This document shows, one piece after another, positions 10,158-19,552 of a DNA stretch of 64,000 bases (position 1 is its first letter; every line of letters starts with the position of its first letter). The notes under the pieces were generated by a model, which was not told where the DNA came from, ran no database searches, and saw only the letters and a program-made list of their open reading frames with translations. This DNA comes from Candidatus Poribacteria bacterium (GTDB lineage Bacteria > Poribacteria > WGA-4E > WGA-3G): assembly GCA_963663765.2 (NCBI GenBank), contig CAXXUA010000004.1, forward strand, positions 1,056,001 to 1,120,000, read 5' to 3'. A program made the position numbers and the translations under genes.

Positions 10158-10160
10158 CTC

Positions 10161-11144
10161 TTATTCTAATTCGTGTAACCGCACCGCCTCTTTAATTATA
10201 GGAGCAAACACTTCTTTGAGTTTAAGTAAATTTTCAATGCACCATTTGTGGATTTCATTCAAGTCATCAGTATCCTCCCAATTAACGTCTCCTTCACGGG
10301 CAATAATAATTTTGGACTCTCGTTTTTCAGGGGATCGAAGCCATTCAAATGAACTTCCAAAAGCTTCTTCAATTGCTGCTTTGTCCTGTTCAAGTGCGTC
10401 AAAGAGGACAAGCCTGTTTCGATTGTCCCTTTCATATATAATTACGTATACAGTCACTTGGGTTCCTCCTCTAAACCAAACATAATAATATACGCCGCTA
10501 TGTCCTGATGAAAAGTAATACCAATTCTCTGGCAGTGCAGCTTTGAGATTGCCAAATTCACCGGTTTCTCGTATTTCATCTATTAGTTTTTGAAAAAAGT
10601 TTCTATAACGTTTCTGTTTCTCTGTCTGTCCAGTAGGTTTGACAGACTTTTTCCATTGATTCGGTGCAATAACAGGTTTAAATTCAAGAGCAACCGGTGC
10701 GTCTTCTAAACCCTCTATTTGTAATAGTTCCACTATGACGGCGAAGAAACCGATGTCTATAGGTGTTTGCTCATTAAGCCATTCTAATACTTGGCGATAT
10801 TCATCTCTAAACTCATCCGCAATCCAAATTATAATTTTCGCATCTAACCCCGCAGCATAGGCAAGAAGTTGTCCAAGATGACTATGATCCGCTCCCCCTA
10901 ACTGATTTTCAATAATGACTGTTTTTGAGCTGGTATCGTCTTTTGCTTTGGCAAGCAAATCAAGTGATAAATTACCAACAGGGTATTCTGTATCTGTTAC
11001 TTCAAGGTCAAGGTCAAGGGCTTCTGATAACCTATCAATATTTTCTGCTAACCACGGGGTGAAATTCCTTGGTTCATTCGGGAAGTGTTCACGTAATGGA
11101 ACTCTTTTTAGTCTACTAAACTTAGGAATGTTCGTATTCGACAT
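10161..11144 (-). CDS. NucS-like PD-(D/E)xK nuclease domain plus DUF4268 protein
   Basis: EPRNFTPWLAEN, LDLLAK...IIENQLGGADHSHLGQLLAYAAGLDA, and C-terminal KAAIEEAFGSSFEW. Confidence 0.8.
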   Translation of the reverse strand: MSNTNIPKFSRLKRVPLREHFPNEPRNFTPWLAENIDRLSEALDLDLEVTDTEYPVGNLSLDLLAKAKDDTSSKTVIIENQLGGADHSHLGQLLAYAAGLDAKIIIWIADEFRDEYRQVLEWLNEQTPIDIGFFAVIVELLQIEGLEDAPVALEFKPVIAPNQWKKSVKPTGQTEKQKRYRNFFQKLIDEIRETGEFGNLKAALPENWYYFSSGHSGVYYYVWFRGGTQVTVYVIIYERDNRNRLVLFDALEQDKAAIEEAFGSSFEWLRSPEKRESKIIIAREGDVNWEDTDDLNEIHKWCIENLLKLKEVFAPIIKEAVRLHELE

Positions 11145-11192
11145 TTGTGTCTCCTGTTCATTCTGATTTTGTAATTCTGATAGATGAACTGT

Positions 11193-11321
11193 CTAATCAT
11201 GGTTTATCTGTAAGGGTAGGTTATCAATGATGCGGGTGGATTCCACGCTGACATGGATGATGCGGGCGATTGCTGGGACGATATCGCGCGGATCTGAAAA
11301 CCAACCGTTTGGATCGTTGAT
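11193..11321 (-). pseudogene. Orphan 3' fragment of a Type ISP (LlaBIII-like) R-M gene, copy 3
   Basis: INDPNGWFSDPRDIVPAIARIIHVSVESTRIIDNLP, homologous to the fragments at 17055 and 19322 and to the C-terminus of 19799..22900. Confidence 0.8.
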
Positions 11322-11338
11322 TACGTGTGATAGAACAA

Positions 11339-12553
11339 CTATACTGTTTCTTGGAGGGATTCTGCGGCGAAGATTGTTAAGCACAATTCTTCGCCAAAAA
11401 GTTTATAAACAGGTGTTTTTCCACTCAATTGTTCGCTTTCGTTCAGGATGATACCGACACCTTCCCCACGCCGTTCTAAAAAGTGTCTCCGCTTCACTTG
11501 GTTTCCTACATCATCGTCTATAGCAATTTCTGATAGTAAGCGCGCTAAGAGTTCATTACGGGTGGCTTGGCTATAGGGTAAGTTTTCAATTGTTACAGTA
11601 TTTGCTAATGCACCGGGAGAATATAGTTCCAGTCGATCAGCAAACATGAACAGACGAATTTTTGACTCGCCTTTAGAATAATCTCGATGCACGACTGCAT
11701 TAACGATTGCCTCAAAAATCGCACGCATGCTGTATTGGGGTTGGTCTATCCTTCCAATTTCCTTACGCGCTGATATCTTGTTGTGTTTTTGAACAAACTT
11801 AAAGGCATCTATAATCTGTTGGTCAAGTGGTCCTCTAAAATCTATTGCGTCAATTTGGTAGTTAGCATCTTTTTGTTTACCGCTATAATAAACAGCCTGA
11901 ATAAAACTGTTATACAGGAATTCATCAGGTGTGTCGTAACACATCAAAACACCCGCTACAGAAGCACGGATCTCCCGACCTTCTTTAACGAGTAACCTTT
12001 TTTTAATGAGTAGGTCTTCTATCTCATCTTCAGCAGCATCTTCTGTTATGAAGCGTTGATATAGTGATTCCCTTAATGTTTTTCTATGTGTGTCTGGAAC
12101 TAACTGTTCATCGAATCTGATAATTCTTGCTTGTGATCGACTTTGCATTAACCTCCCTAACTGTTCCGTGGTCATTTCTCTCTTGCTGCTGCCCTGACGG
12201 ATGAAATAACCGTTAGGTGTTTTGTGGACAAAAAGTCCTTTTAGAATTTCTATTTTCAGTATATTTTTTTCGTCTATCGTTAATTTCTGTGTGTCAATGC
12301 GGACGGTGGGTTTGATACTGTCATTGCATATTTCAACAACATTTTTTTCTATATGATCCAATTTCTGCAGTTCAATTCCAATGATTTCTTTGTTGTCGTC
12401 AATACCGATAAGTATCATTCCTCCTTCAGCGTTCGCAAATGCGGCGATCTCGTCTGCCATGCTGTCTCTGTGAGGCATCTCTCTTTTGAATTCCATCGTT
12501 GAGTCTTCACCAAGTATAATTTTTTCAATGAGTTCTGTTGTACTGTAAAACAT
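11339..12553 (-). CDS. Schlafen/AlbA_2 domain plus HATPase_c_4 (RecG-C-like) protein
   Basis: GEDSTMEFK...IAAFANAEGGMILIGIDD, and AIFEAIVNAVVHRDYS...DRLELYSPG...RNELLA...ERRGEGV. Confidence 0.9.
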   Translation of the reverse strand: MFYSTTELIEKIILGEDSTMEFKREMPHRDSMADEIAAFANAEGGMILIGIDDNKEIIGIELQKLDHIEKNVVEICNDSIKPTVRIDTQKLTIDEKNILKIEILKGLFVHKTPNGYFIRQGSSKREMTTEQLGRLMQSRSQARIIRFDEQLVPDTHRKTLRESLYQRFITEDAAEDEIEDLLIKKRLLVKEGREIRASVAGVLMCYDTPDEFLYNSFIQAVYYSGKQKDANYQIDAIDFRGPLDQQIIDAFKFVQKHNKISARKEIGRIDQPQYSMRAIFEAIVNAVVHRDYSKGESKIRLFMFADRLELYSPGALANTVTIENLPYSQATRNELLARLLSEIAIDDDVGNQVKRRHFLERRGEGVGIILNESEQLSGKTPVYKLFGEELCLTIFAAESLQETV

Positions 12554-12555
12554 AA

Positions 12556-15207
12556 CTAATCTCCAAGATGAATACGTTTATAACGTTGTTCAAAAGCCTT
12601 TTCTCCACCTTCAAGAATGCTGCATATATATTTTCTAACATTTCTTTGTTGGATACTTGCAGGATGTTGCACATAGGTTTGACCTTTTATAACTTCAAGT
12701 GGTAAAACCAGTTCAGCATCGCCGTTGACCACGATATTGGCATTGTGTGTTACAACGATAACCTGGCGTTTGGTTTTTATTTCACGTAACTGTCGCACAA
12801 TGAGGTCAGAAATTAATTCGTTATCCAAATCATCTTCGGGTTGATCCAATAGGAGTGGCTCTTCTCCATAAGATAGGATGAACGTCAACAGTGCAGCTGC
12901 TCTTTCTCCTGGTGATCCTGATTCCAACGGTTTACTGGGTTTATTGTTAGTACTTAACAAGGTGATTTTCAATTTATCCTTGGGAAACCATAGTGAGAGA
13001 TCGATCATTAATTCTGGCGGCAACGATTGTATACGATCAGCAAATGATTTTTTAATTTCGTCAGGCTTTTCTCTCACACGAATTCCTTCAATCGTTTCTT
13101 TGAGTTTTTCAATCTTCTTGTTTCCACTGTTTTGATAGATCTTTTTTAAAACTTCAAAATCCGAGGCAAAATGATCAGGACATTGCAGTATACGTCGAAT
13201 TTCTTGCTCAATGGTGTCCCAACTCTCTCCAAAAGGCTGGACTTCAATGCTGACGAATTGATTGCCTTGTAAAACAGAGATCAAAAATTCCTGCCGTTTT
13301 TCTGAGAGTATTTTTCTCTTCTTTTTAATTTTGTCAAACTCCTCTTTTTTTTCAGTTTCTAATGTTTGCATTCGTGATTTGTGCTCGTGAATTTGATCTA
13401 AATCTTTCTGCATACTTTTCTGCTGGGTTAAAAGCAAATTGTATCTGTTTGGGTCTATATCTTGCTGTTCAAGGTCTAAACGTGATTGTTCGTACCGCTC
13501 AATATCTGACTTAAGTTCCTGCATCCAAGGTGCTGCATTTTTTTCAGTTTGCCATTCAGTGAGAATAGACTCTGCTTCTTGACTCAATTGATTTAATTTT
13601 TTGTGAATGGTCCACCATTTATCATTTGTTTTTTGCAGATCTGACAACATATCACTGTTTTCGCTAAAAATCCCTTTATTAAAATCTGATGGTGTTATCT
13701 TATCCAATGTTTCCAATAAGGAGTGTTGTGCTTCATTCCATTTATTTTCTATGGTATCAATTTCACTTAACTGTTGCTGGCGTTGCCGATATTTTTGCAT
13801 CACGTTCTTATGACCTGATTTTTCGATGTACTCAATTTGTCTCGTCAAATCGTTCAATTCTCCGATTAATCGGTTTTCTTGATCTATCTTTTCTTGCAGC
13901 TCTTGTTGATTGTTTTCAATTTGCTTATATCGGTTGTTACCTTCCTTAATCTTTGTTTTGATATTTTCTGCGTCAACTTCTGGTACCTCATCTATGATTT
14001 TAATCAGTTTACTTGGTTCTTTAGCCAATTCAAAAATCTCCTTTTGACTAAAAACGTGGGCAGGAAGCAACGTTTTAATTTCTCCTTGAAAAGGTTCCCA
14101 CGTGCCATCATCGTTTTTTTGTTCCAAAGAGGGTTTATCTGGATTAGGAGACCAGTTCAAACGGTAACATATATTATTTTTCCAATATAATAATGATATA
14201 TCGGTATTAGGATTCAATAGACTGTCTTTATCTTCTGAAGAATAATATTTATCACTATCTGCTTTGAGAGTTTTGTGAATATCTTTATCGCGTCTCAGAA
14301 CGAGTCTTATGAATTCTAATAAGGTTGACTTACCCGTTCCACGACCACCAATAATTGCATTGAGAAATGGACTGAAATTGCATTCCAATGCTGTTTGATG
14401 TCCGATATATTTTGCATCGCTAATTTCCAATTTTTCTATAAAATAGGGCGGTAGATTGTTCGGAGTGTCATTCATATTGCGATTTACCGAAACATCACCG
14501 TCTCGTAGCGCAATTTTTAAACCTGCTAAAGAAGGTTTATCCATTTTGATCCAAGTAAAATTTCCGAAATCATCGGCACTGAAATCGTGGGTATCGGATC
14601 CAGTGACTTGAGTCCATCCGACTTTTTCTTCAGTGTATACTTGCGGTTTCATTGAACAACTGTCATGCAGTTCCATCGCATAAATCTTTTTATTTTTTAG
14701 TACCTTCTTCAGTCTTTTAGGTTGAAGTTGAAATAGTCCCTTTGTTTTATTAACGTGTGCTGGAATGGGAATCCCATCGCGTTTTGCAATTTCATTAATG
14801 ACTTCTGCAATGTTTTTAGAGGTCACATCATCACTGTCTCCTTTTGTTCCTGGATAATCAATCGCACCAAGTAACTTATCAATATGGCTCTCATCCTTAT
14901 CGTACCCAAAGATCGCCAATACATGAACATCGTCATATGTTGAAATTTCTACACCCGGAAATAGATATATAGGTCTGAACCATGGAGGTTCGTTTTCTTG
15001 TAATTCCTTTAACGTATGCTTCAAACGATCGACCCACTCACCACTGTTATGGTCGGTAATTGCTACACAATCAATTTCCTTTTCCATGAATGCTTTTAAC
15101 CAATCTTCAGGTTCCAATTCTCTATCACTGAAGTCTACTGACGCAGGTGTATGTGTGTGAAAATCGAATTTCCACCACCCTGCACCCGCAAATTGAAACT
15201 CATTCAT
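12556..15207 (-). CDS. PHP phosphoesterase plus ABC/SMC-like ATPase fusion (Ppl/TrlF-like defence protein)
   Basis: PHP motifs KFDFHTHTPAS, AITDHN, PGVEIS, IPAH and GSDTH. Walker A GGRGTGKST, coiled coil, SPGE signature, Walker B LLLDQPEDDLDN and VVTHN. Confidence 0.9.
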   Translation of the reverse strand: MNEFQFAGAGWWKFDFHTHTPASVDFSDRELEPEDWLKAFMEKEIDCVAITDHNSGEWVDRLKHTLKELQENEPPWFRPIYLFPGVEISTYDDVHVLAIFGYDKDESHIDKLLGAIDYPGTKGDSDDVTSKNIAEVINEIAKRDGIPIPAHVNKTKGLFQLQPKRLKKVLKNKKIYAMELHDSCSMKPQVYTEEKVGWTQVTGSDTHDFSADDFGNFTWIKMDKPSLAGLKIALRDGDVSVNRNMNDTPNNLPPYFIEKLEISDAKYIGHQTALECNFSPFLNAIIGGRGTGKSTLLEFIRLVLRRDKDIHKTLKADSDKYYSSEDKDSLLNPNTDISLLYWKNNICYRLNWSPNPDKPSLEQKNDDGTWEPFQGEIKTLLPAHVFSQKEIFELAKEPSKLIKIIDEVPEVDAENIKTKIKEGNNRYKQIENNQQELQEKIDQENRLIGELNDLTRQIEYIEKSGHKNVMQKYRQRQQQLSEIDTIENKWNEAQHSLLETLDKITPSDFNKGIFSENSDMLSDLQKTNDKWWTIHKKLNQLSQEAESILTEWQTEKNAAPWMQELKSDIERYEQSRLDLEQQDIDPNRYNLLLTQQKSMQKDLDQIHEHKSRMQTLETEKKEEFDKIKKKRKILSEKRQEFLISVLQGNQFVSIEVQPFGESWDTIEQEIRRILQCPDHFASDFEVLKKIYQNSGNKKIEKLKETIEGIRVREKPDEIKKSFADRIQSLPPELMIDLSLWFPKDKLKITLLSTNNKPSKPLESGSPGERAAALLTFILSYGEEPLLLDQPEDDLDNELISDLIVRQLREIKTKRQVIVVTHNANIVVNGDAELVLPLEVIKGQTYVQHPASIQQRNVRKYICSILEGGEKAFEQRYKRIHLGD

Positions 15208-15258
15208 AACAGATACCTCCTAATTTTGTGAATTTGTGTTATCCGAATCTTTTATACC

Positions 15259-15882
15259 TCAGGACCGAGGTGTTGGTTTCAAAAGTCGGCTATTCCTCTC
15301 ATAGATGTCTCGGATTCCGAGGTCGTCTTGGATGCGTTTTGCTTCATAGAGCGGGACACGTTGGTGTTTTTTCTGCAAGATGTCAGCAACACTATTTGTC
15401 CACTTCTCAACTTCTGCAGGAGTAGTAAGGGGTATCCCTAGTGAGACGAAAGCAGGAACCTTACGGATATCTACTTCATGGATCAGGTGCGCTATCAGTG
15501 GGTGTGGCTGATCTAATGGTGGAGCTTCTTTAAAGGGTTTCGCATATCGTTGTCGTCCTCGGGCACCACCAATTTCATAAGGGATCCATGGTGATGTAAA
15601 CGTTCCTGGTCCGATGATACCTAATAAAGCAGAAGATGCATCTAATCCCTGTTCAATACACAAGGCAGTTTTGATGTCATCATTTTGGGCTTGTGCGTCC
15701 TGCATACATTTATTGTCTTCATCTAACCAATAGTCAAGTCCAATTTGCTTTAATATCTCACTACACTTACGTGCCATGATCTTATCACAAACAGTGCGTC
15801 TGTAAGAGATGAACACAATTGATTCCATGTCGGGTTTAAAACTGCGAACTTGGCCAGTTTCAAAAAAGTTTTTGGCAGGCAT
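15259..15882 (-). CDS. TIR-domain protein
   Basis: IVFISYRR...GLDYWLD...IEQGLDASSALLGII...SPWIPYEIG, with the catalytic Glu retained. AGGAG RBS. Confidence 0.85.
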   Translation of the reverse strand: MPAKNFFETGQVRSFKPDMESIVFISYRRTVCDKIMARKCSEILKQIGLDYWLDEDNKCMQDAQAQNDDIKTALCIEQGLDASSALLGIIGPGTFTSPWIPYEIGGARGRQRYAKPFKEAPPLDQPHPLIAHLIHEVDIRKVPAFVSLGIPLTTPAEVEKWTNSVADILQKKHQRVPLYEAKRIQDDLGIRDIYERNSRLLKPTPRS

Positions 15883-15893
15883 TGCTTTTACTC

Positions 15894-16370
15894 CTATTCT
15901 ATATCTTCTAAATTGGTTAAATCTTCTACACCAGCAAGATCTGATAGAGCTCGTGAATATTTACACAATTCCACCTGAAGCAACTTAAGCTCTTCACGAA
16001 AAGCGTTGCATTCAGACTCTTTCTCAAAGTCACCGGCGATACTTTTTGGATGCCACCTGGCCGTAAATGGACGAACCACTTGGTTAAGAACTACGACTGC
16101 AATTTTCGTAAACTCAATGCAGTCCTGCCCTTGTTCTTTAAGGATTCTTCTCGTAGTTTTAAACAGCGAATAAATGCTTTCTAACGCTGTTTTTTCATCA
16201 CCAGATTCGGTGGGCAATGCCTGCGTGGTAATTCTTGTAAGTAACTCAATGTATAGTTTCCAAGCAGCTTCTCTGTCGCCTGCTTTGGGAGACCATTCTG
16301 CCTCCACAATGCTTGCGTTAATTTTCAGACTATCCAACCCCCATTGTTTCAACCATTTTCTCAAATTCAT
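15894..16370 (-). CDS. Hypothetical all-helical protein between two TIR genes (158 aa)
   Basis: ATG at 16370 overlaps the upstream TGA (ATGA). Sequence AAWKLYIELLTRITTQ...ALESIYSLF...LNQVVRPFTARWH, with no known catalytic motif. Confidence 0.8.
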   Translation of the reverse strand: MNLRKWLKQWGLDSLKINASIVEAEWSPKAGDREAAWKLYIELLTRITTQALPTESGDEKTALESIYSLFKTTRRILKEQGQDCIEFTKIAVVVLNQVVRPFTARWHPKSIAGDFEKESECNAFREELKLLQVELCKYSRALSDLAGVEDLTNLEDIE

Positions 16371-16996
16371 TTCGACCACCTTTCGCCCGAACGGTTATTT
16401 TTGAACGAATCATGAGAATTGTCGGGCAGTATCTCTGCGCTTCGTCTTCGTTGGAAAGCGTCATGTATCCAAGACTGCACAGTACGTGGATTTTCGCTCC
16501 AATTGTAGATTTTAGCATATCCACGTTCAATATTATCGTGGAGTCTTGGAGGTATTGTCTTATAGTCATAATAAACGGATCTTCCATTGCAATAGATTGT
16601 TTTGATGTCGTTATAAGGTGTACCAAGAGGATTATTAAGTGCTCCAAAAAGCCCAGAAGGATTGGGGTACGTCGGCAACAAAATCCCTAAAAGACCGGAA
16701 CGAGAACTAGCTTTTGTCTGTCGTATACTGGATCCAATTTCCCAATCCACAAATTTTCGTTGCCACGTATGAGCACCGACGAGAACAACTGTCACTGTGG
16801 AATCTTGGAGATAGTTCTCCCGTATGATTTGAAAAATTCGATCTGTAGAGAGTCTGGTATCATCAATATCTCCAATTTCAACAGATTCTGACACCATGAT
16901 GTCATGGATGTCTGAAAACATGCGTTCAAACCAGTCCCGGTAATATTGGTCTTCATCATGGTAATAACTGACAAAAACTCGATGCTTGTCATTCAT
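16367..16996 (-). CDS. ThsB-like TIR protein (MTH538/DUF1863 type)
   Basis: KHRVFVSYYH..DQ...IRENYLQDSTVTVVLVG..TWQRKFVDWEIGSS...GLLGI...PPRL. AGGAGG RBS. Confidence 0.9.
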   Translation of the reverse strand: MNDKHRVFVSYYHDEDQYYRDWFERMFSDIHDIMVSESVEIGDIDDTRLSTDRIFQIIRENYLQDSTVTVVLVGAHTWQRKFVDWEIGSSIRQTKASSRSGLLGILLPTYPNPSGLFGALNNPLGTPYNDIKTIYCNGRSVYYDYKTIPPRLHDNIERGYAKIYNWSENPRTVQSWIHDAFQRRRSAEILPDNSHDSFKNNRSGERWSK

Positions 16997-17054
16997 TAGA
17001 CTCCTCCTTTGTAGTTTATGTTAAAAATACTTTTGGTCTCTCAATATTTATTCA

Positions 17055-17150
17055 TTACCCATCTGTTATCTCAGCAGAGAGGTTGTCAATAATCCGCGCC
17101 GATTCCACACTCACATAAACAATACGCTTAATTGCTGGAACTAAATCACG
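17055..17150 (-). pseudogene. Orphan 3' fragment of a Type ISP R-M gene, copy 2
   Basis: RDLVPAIKRIVYVSVESARIIDNLSAEITDG-stop. Confidence 0.8.
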
Positions 17151-17153
17151 CTG

Positions 17154-17324
17154 AATAGTCTCAAATTCAACATCGGTTGGATTGCGTTGCAGTGTTGCAA
17201 AATGGGACTGAATTGTCAGCATCTCGTTTAGATTTAGAGATAGAGTGCCTTCTTGGCTGATACTCATTAATTCGGCATCATCTGCATTTAGAACTTGAAA
17301 TTCATTGACCTGATAGGGCATCAC
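17154..17324 (-). pseudogene. purL-like internal fragment fused in frame to the ISP fragment
   Basis: DDAELMSISQEGTLSLNLNEMLTIQSHFATLQRNPTDVEFETI resembles the PurL linker that normally continues AQTWSEHC. Confidence 0.65.
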
Positions 17325-17356
17325 TTTCTTCGCTATTGAATCTGAACCATGATTAT

Positions 17357-17400
17357 GTAAAGTTTGGACAATTTGTGTCTATTTATTGTCCAAACTTTAC
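17357..17400. terminator. 16-bp inverted-repeat hairpin downstream of the protease gene
   Basis: GTAAAGTTTGGACAAT-N12-ATTGTCCAAACTTTAC. No long U tract, so it could be a REP relic. Confidence 0.4.
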
Positions 17401-17451
17401 TAAAAGTTAAGCATTAAGTCCATTATAATCTTAACGTGATGATAAGTGTTA

Positions 17452-19029
17452 TCATTCTACTATGTCAAAACTAATTATTTTGACATACATGTATCTTGTT
17501 TGTTTTTGATTGACTATACCAAGGTCAATTGTGCCATTTACTTGCTTAGTCATTTTAGAGGGTATAGTACCCACAAAGTTTACAACATCTGAATCAATCG
17601 GTACGTGCTTATCATTAAAGAAGAAAACATGACAACAAATATTTTTCACGTCTCTATCAAGCTCGTTTCGTAGTGAAAATGTATAAACTGCATATTCTGA
17701 CCAACGTATATTTTCGTAGGTGATTCCTTCCTCCACGAGGTTTTGACCGCTCTCAGGATCCAGCAGTTTAATATCTTGCTTTAGATTTAGCTGTCTGATA
17801 TTAGGATCAATATCAAAATTTATTAATTTCGCCCTCCTAGCACATATTTGTCCTGAAGATACTCTATCCATGCGGATTTGTTTGTCGTTTTTATCTTTGA
17901 AAGTTATCTGACAATGAACGTTTTCAATGTCCTCACTGCATCGGTTCCGCAGGGAAAAGCCAAAAGCGGTGGCAGGTATCCATTTCCATTTCCCAAACCA
18001 TGTTATTCCCTCTAAATTTTGACTATTAGAATCATCTTGTTCAGAGTGTTTCACTCTATCGAAACTAACAATTTCTATCTCATGTCTTATAGATTTGCTG
18101 ACTCTTGCGTCAACATCAAAACTTATCAACTTTGCGGCTCCAGCTGGTAGCAAACCGGGAAATACCACATCATCCCGATAGATTTTATGGTCCGTCGCAT
18201 CAAAGAACGTCACGTAACAACGAATATTCTCTATATCTTCAAGACACTGATTTCGCAGGGAAAATCTATAAGAATACTCAAAGTCCCAAGGGGCATCTAC
18301 GGGGATATCGTTAGTTCGGATTGGAAATCTTTCCACCGAGGAAGATCCCTGGTTTGGACCAGTCCGCGATATCCAATGATAGGTTTCTGATTCCTCCCAC
18401 GTTAATTCCCCAATAGTTACGGCTTCCAACAAAGGATTTGTAGGTCTATCTTCAATGAGCAGCGTTTCAAGGCATTTTGAGGGGACGGCGAAATTGAGCA
18501 ATTGTCCTTCATCTAAACTTCCTACAGAAACACCTACAACTGTTCCTTCGTTATTTAGAACAGGACCGCCACTGCTGCCTCTGGAAATCGGAGCAGTCAT
18601 CTGTATGTGTTTATCACCGGAACTTCGTTCTCGGAAACCGCTAATTATACCTTGTGAAACTGTACCTTCCAAAAATCCTTGTGGATTGCCTACCACGTAA
18701 ACAGGATCGCTAACCTGAACGACTTCACTATCAGCCAGATTGAGCGGTGGTGCTTCAAAATCATCAGGTACATCAAGTAAAACCAGATCATTTTCGCGAT
18801 CAATTGCAATAATGCCTTTAATGTCGAATAACGTATCCTTGCCTACCAACTTTGCATAAACTTTTGCTGCATCTTCAACAACGTGGAAATTGCTAACAAT
18901 TTGCGTGCCCTGAACAACGAATCCACTTCCTCTTCCTATTGTTTTATTCTTAGCATCTTCTGCGACTAATAGAACAGTAGAAGCTAAGGCTTTTTGGGTA
19001 ATTTCTCGAACAGTTTTTTGATTATTCAC
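17452..19029 (-). CDS. Trypsin-like (S1C) serine protease with repeated C-terminal beta domains
   Basis: GSGF, SNFHVV (His), NDLVLL (Asp), ISRGSSGGPV (Ser). Three C-terminal repeats FSLRN..DI.NI.C...F.D (FxLYD-like). Confidence 0.85.
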   Translation of the reverse strand: MNNQKTVREITQKALASTVLLVAEDAKNKTIGRGSGFVVQGTQIVSNFHVVEDAAKVYAKLVGKDTLFDIKGIIAIDRENDLVLLDVPDDFEAPPLNLADSEVVQVSDPVYVVGNPQGFLEGTVSQGIISGFRERSSGDKHIQMTAPISRGSSGGPVLNNEGTVVGVSVGSLDEGQLLNFAVPSKCLETLLIEDRPTNPLLEAVTIGELTWEESETYHWISRTGPNQGSSSVERFPIRTNDIPVDAPWDFEYSYRFSLRNQCLEDIENIRCYVTFFDATDHKIYRDDVVFPGLLPAGAAKLISFDVDARVSKSIRHEIEIVSFDRVKHSEQDDSNSQNLEGITWFGKWKWIPATAFGFSLRNRCSEDIENVHCQITFKDKNDKQIRMDRVSSGQICARRAKLINFDIDPNIRQLNLKQDIKLLDPESGQNLVEEGITYENIRWSEYAVYTFSLRNELDRDVKNICCHVFFFNDKHVPIDSDVVNFVGTIPSKMTKQVNGTIDLGIVNQKQTRYMYVKIISFDIVE

Positions 19030-19243
19030 AGTTGGTCCTCATAAAAATAAAACTCTGTATTGTAAGCCAAATTTATTATAGTCATAATACTCCCATGGAA
19101 TGCGGCCACTTAAATACAACTTTCTATTCTTCATTAATACACCTTTCTATTCTTTATTGCAATGCAATATTACCTTATAAGGTAAGGAAAATGCTTGAAC
19201 AACGTCGTGGGAACGTCCAATATTGTCAATAACAACACGGATT

Positions 19244-19273
19244 ATTTTAACACAGCATCTTATGCTTTGTCAA
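19244..19273 (-). promoter_or_regulatory. Sigma70-like promoter upstream of the protease
   Basis: Reverse strand TTGACA-18 bp-TAAAAT with a TG extension. Confidence 0.45.
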
Positions 19274-19321
19274 AAATGATGTATTTACCCACTCAATAAA
19301 CCATAAACGAAACGCAGCACA

Positions 19322-19522
19322 TTAGCCATCAATTATCTCCCCAGGCAACCCATCAACAATCCGAGCAGACTCCACACTTACATAAACAATCCGCCGAATA
19401 GCACCAACAATATCCCGCGGATCAGCAAACCAACCGTTTGGGTCGTTGACGATGCCGCTATCTGTGTCGGTCTTAATCTTGTAGCGGTCAATAAACCACT
19501 CCAGCGGCGATCTACCGTTGAC
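19322..19522 (-). pseudogene. Orphan 3' fragment of a Type ISP R-M gene, copy 1
   Basis: Manual translation VNGRSPLEWFIDRYKIKTDTDSGIVNDPNGWFADPRDIVGAIRRIVYVSVESARIVDGLPGEIIDG-stop, with no start codon. Confidence 0.85.
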
Positions 19523-19552
19523 GAACGAATCTAACGAGATTTCAATACATAA

